From the NCBI GenBank assembly GCA_013265495.1, contig MU058452.1, forward strand, positions 372,001 through 426,306: DNA of 54,306 nucleotides, in the 5' to 3' direction. Source of the stretch: Vicugna vicugna. Taxonomy: Eukaryota. Both the position numbers and the translations under genes were made by a program. The notes under the pieces were generated by a model, which worked only from the letters and a program-made list of their open reading frames with translations, had not been told where the DNA came from and searched no databases. Below, in pieces: positions 49,951-54,306 of the stretch. Positions within the stretch are counted from its first letter, which is position 1; each line of letters starts with the position of its first letter.

Positions 49951-50110
49951 ACATTTCTCCGACTCCATCGTGCATTCGGCCACCTGGGCTCTTATTAAAA
50001 TGCAGATTCTGATTCAGGAGACCTGGGAAGGGGCCTGAGAGGGTGCACTTTTCATAAGTCCCCATAAGTCCTGAGGCTTCCTATCTTTCACCACAGTCTG
50101 AGAAACAAGA
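49951..50110. mobile_element. MER5A hAT DNA transposon
   Basis: TTAAAATGCAGATTCTGATTCAGGAGACCTGGGAAGGGGCCTGAGA...TGCACTTTTCATAAGTCCCC. Confidence 0.8.
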
Positions 50111-50299
50111 GTTTAGATTGATAGGTAATAAATTGATGGGTAATTGAGTTGATAGGTAAAAGATCCATCATTCTTATTGGATCGGATCCACAGTGACTAC
50201 AGAGAATTAAAACTTGAATGATGTGCTCAGATATTTCAGATAAAACATCTTGTCAATCAGTGGTTGATTTTTCTTACTTGTAGCACCAAATCATCTATC

Positions 50300-50390
50300 T
50301 GCTCATTCATTCATTCATTCATTTGATATTATTCATTTACAATGTAGCATGTGGTTTGCGTTCAGTTATGTGCTAAGATACAAAAGAAAC
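50300..50390 (-). mobile_element. L2 3' end
   Basis: (TCAT)n tail...TGTGCTAAGATACA. Confidence 0.6.
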
Positions 50391-50394
50391 AGAC

Positions 50395-51107
50395 TGTAAA
50401 GGTCTCTGAACTCCAGACAAAACATAAGGCAATGGAAGTTCATTATCTCCAGATGAAATTGATGGCCACATGAGCAATAATCCCCAAATGGTAGGGCAAC
50501 AGGGAAGCAGGATTTTTGAGATCGGAGGGAAAGGGGCAGGGCACAACCAAGGCCCTAAGTCTGAATGACACAGAAATTAGCACCAAGACGGTGGAAGAGT
50601 CAACTCCCAGTAGACCTTGAGCTTCATAATACACTCATTGTAATACATCAGCGTGGGAAATGACACTTCCACAGGCGCTGTGACGGTTTCAAGGCCGACC
50701 ATAAGAAGTCAACAAGTGGGTGATGGCCCAGTTCCTGGGAATCCCTGCCCCTTCCCCTAAAGTAGTTGGATTAATCCTCCCACTTGTTAGCATATTAAGT
50801 TACCGAGCCCATAAAAACTAGCAACCCTGCACGTCCCTGGCCTTTCTCTTGCCTTTTGAGATGGCCTGCACTCTATGGAATGTGTATCTACTTTTATTTT
50901 AAACACCCCCATACCTCGGGGCCCCTCTGACCCTCCGAGACAGCCCACACTTGGTCTACAGAGTGTGCATCTCTCTGAGTAAATCTGCCTTCACTCCACT
51001 ATGTTTCACTCTTGAATTCTTTCCTACAGTAAGCTAAGAATTCTCACCTGATGGGGCGCATCCCAGGGACTTGCCTGAGACCTGGGACACAGCCATCCTC
51101 TCATAAC
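50395..51107 (+). mobile_element. MER41-like ERV1 solo LTR
   Basis: CAGTTCCTGGGAATCCCTGCCCCTTCCC...TAATCCTCCCACTTGTTAGCATA...CCATAAAAACTAGCAACC...CTTGAATTCTTTCCT matches the recalled MER41 layout; TSD not evident. Confidence 0.85.
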
Positions 51108-51139
51108 TTCTTTAGATGGTAGCCAAAGTCTCCCCAGAG

Positions 51140-51315
51140 TCCAAAGGCTGACTCTGTTTGACCACATCTGCTGGAACAGGCATCACGGCAGGCTACTGGC
51201 TAACACAAGTTACGGGCTGGGCCCAGCCTAGACCTGGTGACGGAGGATATCACACGAGACCCCAATGCTGGGAAGCAGGGTCCATTGGGGCCATCCCTGG
51301 AGACCAGCTGCCACA
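51140..51315 (-). mobile_element. MLT1 (F/G/H-like) LTR fragment
   Basis: GGGTCCATTGGGGCCATCCCTGGAGACCAGCTGCCACA terminus. Confidence 0.6.
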
Positions 51316-53198
51316 ATATAAAATGGCCAAAATGAAGAAAACAAAATTAAGTTCTGTAGAAGTTCAAAGAATAGAATCAGTGTGAGCTACATTGTTTGGG
51401 AGAAAGTTTCAGCTATAAGCTAGGGGAAAAAAAAGAGTCATTTATGATAGTTATATATTTATTACCTTCATTATTAAAGTTAAATAAACATTTACTGAAA
51501 TAAATTTGAAAATAATGAAAAGCAAAAAAAGTCCTCTATAGTCAAATTAATACATGGGTAACAATTTGAAATGGCTCTTTATCTTGATAAAAGCAACATA
51601 GCATCAAAGAGTGAGATCTGAAACAAAACAGCTAAAGGCCATACAGAAAATTATATGTTATGGGGCAAAGGGACCTCTTAAAAGCATAAGATGACAATAT
51701 ATCAATGATCTAGGTGGGTTTTAAATAATGTGCTTCGTGCTTACTGCGGGCTGGGAAAGAAATTCCTTAGCTTGTCACAAATCACCAACAATCCCACCAG
51801 ACTTCACTCAACAGTCAGATACAATAATGTGAAAATTCTGCCTCCGCCGACTTCGCAGCTCCGTGCCGCAGCCTCTAAGAAAGTGCCAACTATCGGTGAA
51901 AGGAGGCTGGCTCAGTTTTCTCTGAGTTATATGTGTTTGGAAAGTGATCAATAAACCTGTATAAAAGGAAAATTGACATCTACATTTTAAAAGGACAATG
52001 ACGATCTAAGAAGTCATTTCTGTCTCTCTGTGGTTAAACCCCAATAAGAAACAGGAGAAAAAAAAATGCAAGTGAAAATGTCTCTTAGGCCTGTGTTTGT
52101 AATAGTCAAACACCCATCACTCATCAGGCTTCGGACACTAAGAAATAATGACTTCATGTGTGAAGTGCACATTTTCTCCTGTCTTTATGTCCGATGGAGT
52201 TCTCTGCCTTCGTTTTCCTTCTATGGCTCTTCCATCGCCAGCCACCTAATGCTCTATTCTGGGCACTTTTCCAGGCCTGATGTCCCTTGCTACTCCTCTT
52301 TCTGGTTGTTGTCCTAAGAAAGTAGTGGCATACCGTTATTAAAATATCATTACTTTCTGCAGGGAAAAGTACGAAGATGATTTTAAATAATTTTCCACTA
52401 ATGAGGCCACCTGGAGAGATGCCCAAAGGACCTATTTACGATGATGGGAAAACATTCAGATCTTGGTGGGACCCGGCATCAAACTTTTGGGGTGTGCTGG
52501 GGGACTTGGGACTAACTTGTCATTCTTCACCGGGGACTTGACTCCTCCGGTCTTAACTGACATCAGCAGCAGAGATGCAGAAATCAGGACAGAGGGATAC
52601 AGAAGGCATATTTCTCCCCTGACCCAAAGCAGCCCAGCCTGAACCATTTACAAGAAAGTTTGTTTTGAGGAAATTTCCAGTCCAATTATGCTCTCCCCAG
52701 AGACGTGAATAGTTCAGATAGCATTCAGATAAGCATCCACAATTTTGGGAACTTCATGAAAAAAAAACAGAACAAGCAACTTTTTGAGGTTTGGCCTTCC
52801 CTGACTAAAATAGCTCTTTCAGGGAGAGGCAGCCTCGCCTGGTGGTCCTGGGATGGAGGTTAGAATCAGGAGATTCCAAAGTGTTTTGACTCCAGCTTCC
52901 TTTCTCGCTTGATGGGTGGCCTGAGGAATAAAATGAGAGCCAACCTCTGGACAGGAGACAAAGGGACAAACAGCAATCAATTTCACATTCTTGTTGAATT
53001 GATTAACCAGGTTGATGAATGGGGCTAAGAGGGTAATTACCTTCCAGTTTGAAGAGTACACGTGGGATCCACGGGCAAGTCATCTGAGGTCGGCTCTGAT
53101 TTTCCCAGCAGAATCCTCCTCGCCTCATTCACCTGTACAACTGTCCAAGAAGCCAAAAGCAGTGCAGGGTCTTCGTGGCCCTTGCCAGTTGCAGGGAT

Positions 53199-53350
53199 GA
53201 GGTACGATGAATGCTGGGAGGACCAACAGTGTCCTTTCCCATAGGAATAATCACCCTCTCCTACAGGTGAGTAAATTGTGTGTGTGCTCAAATGATTCAT
53301 TCAAGATTACACAGTCCATCTGTGCTGAAGCCAAGATCTTAGTCAACACT
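53199..53350. repeat. Local dispersed duplication, copy A (MIR-derived)
   Basis: Ungapped alignment to 54097-54248, 129/152 identical by hand count. Confidence 0.92.
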
Positions 53351-54096
53351 TTAGGAGGGTATTTTGACACAGATCAACATGGTGACCTCATATTGGATGA
53401 CGTAATTAACTAAACTTCATCGATTTTGGAGACTGCCTTACGGAAGACATAGCACACACATCAGGCAAGTTTCGGCAGGGTAGATCATGGCATTTCTGAT
53501 GGGAAGAAACAACAAGAGAGATCTACTACAGAAAGGCACCATGGAGATGTAATAGAATTTGAGGGCAAAACACATGTATTGAGTTCTTCCTCTGCTTCCT
53601 TTAATATGTAAACTCCTGTGCTTACAACAACTCTGTGGGTAAGCAGATAACGTTTGATGATCTATGCCTCAAGTGATAAAAATCAAAATAACCTATTCTA
53701 AACAGGAGGAGGAGTGTGCAACTAGAAAGTCCCCAGGTATGGGGAAGAGAGACTGATCACAAGCTTACCTCCCTTCCTTGGCGAATGTCTGTACTCTGCT
53801 TCCTCCATCCGTGGGCTTTGCCCACAGGTCAGCTTCCGTACTGGTGGAAGAATGACTTCAGAGTTTCAGAATCCACGTCCATGCGCAGTACTACCCACAA
53901 GAAGAGAGGAATCCTTGCCCCATTTTCAGTGTCCTCGGCTTCCTTCTGATTGGATCAGTATCTCATCCCCAAACCCATCAAAATCACGGCAAAGTGGACA
54001 AGATTAGGGTGACTGTCTTGGGCTAATTAAGACTTGAATGGGACTGAACCTTGAGTCAATCCCACTCAGCTGATGGCTGCTTCCCCCAGTGGGGAA

Positions 54097-54248
54097 GAGG
54101 TACAATGAATGCAGGGGGAACCAACAGTGTCCTTTACCATAGGAAGGATCACCCTCTTCTAAAGGGAAATCAATTGTGTCTGTGGTTAAATGATTCATTC
54201 ATGATCACACAGTCAGTCTGTGCTGAAGCCAAGATCTTAATCAGCTCT
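54097..54248. repeat. Local dispersed duplication, copy B (MIR-derived)
   Basis: Ungapped alignment to 53199-53350, offset 898 bp. Confidence 0.92.
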
Positions 54249-54306
54249 CAGGGTTGGATAATACCAAAGAGCTCTCCATGACAAAGTGATCTTTCAAAAG
54301 GCAAAT

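Noticed and set aside
50118..50159. Three copies of TTGATRGGTAA
   Set aside because: Short degenerate slippage repeat next to MER5A with no further support
53207..54281. Paralogous ORFs (MNAG...CAEAKIL) as duplicated coding exons or C/D snoRNAs
   Set aside because: Differences are largely amino-acid changing, the sequence is MIR-derived, and there is no proper C box (RTGATGA) with terminal stem
1..54306. Naming the host gene/locus or claiming a novel multi-gene system
   Set aside because: No exon or RNA gene was recognised; locus identity needs a BLAT/BLAST search that I cannot run

Overview
This is eutherian mammalian genomic DNA, AT-rich and CpG-depleted, and it is non-coding (intron or gene desert). 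I could not recognise any protein-coding exon, tRNA/rRNA gene or CRISPR array, and the ORF track is noise apart from a decayed LINE-1 ORF2 fragment. The young L1 3' ends resemble camelid L1s as I recall them, and I saw no Alu, B1/B2, Bov-A/tA, PRE1 or SINEC elements, so a camelid origin is my inference. The window is a mosaic of old repeats (L2, MIR, L1M, MaLR/ERVL/ERV1 solo LTRs, hAT DNA transposons) and microsatellites. Several repeat-free, motif-dense blocks look like conserved developmental enhancers (about 12.6-13.2, 20.4-20.85 and 33.65-34.55 kb). The best sequence-supported oddities are: (1) a ~220-bp retroposed mRNA 3' end with TSDs nested inside an MLT2 LTR, itself inside an L2; (2) a tail-less L1 ORF2 fragment flanked by a 53-bp duplication plus a 26-bp junction duplication; (3) a gap-free, 85% identical 152-bp MIR-derived local duplication; (4) a MER41-like LTR with altered STAT sites; (5) a perfect 24-bp inverted repeat; (6) a perfect DR4 element. 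I found no evidence for a new multi-gene biological system. Repeat family names come from recalled consensus sequences, and many boundaries are approximate.
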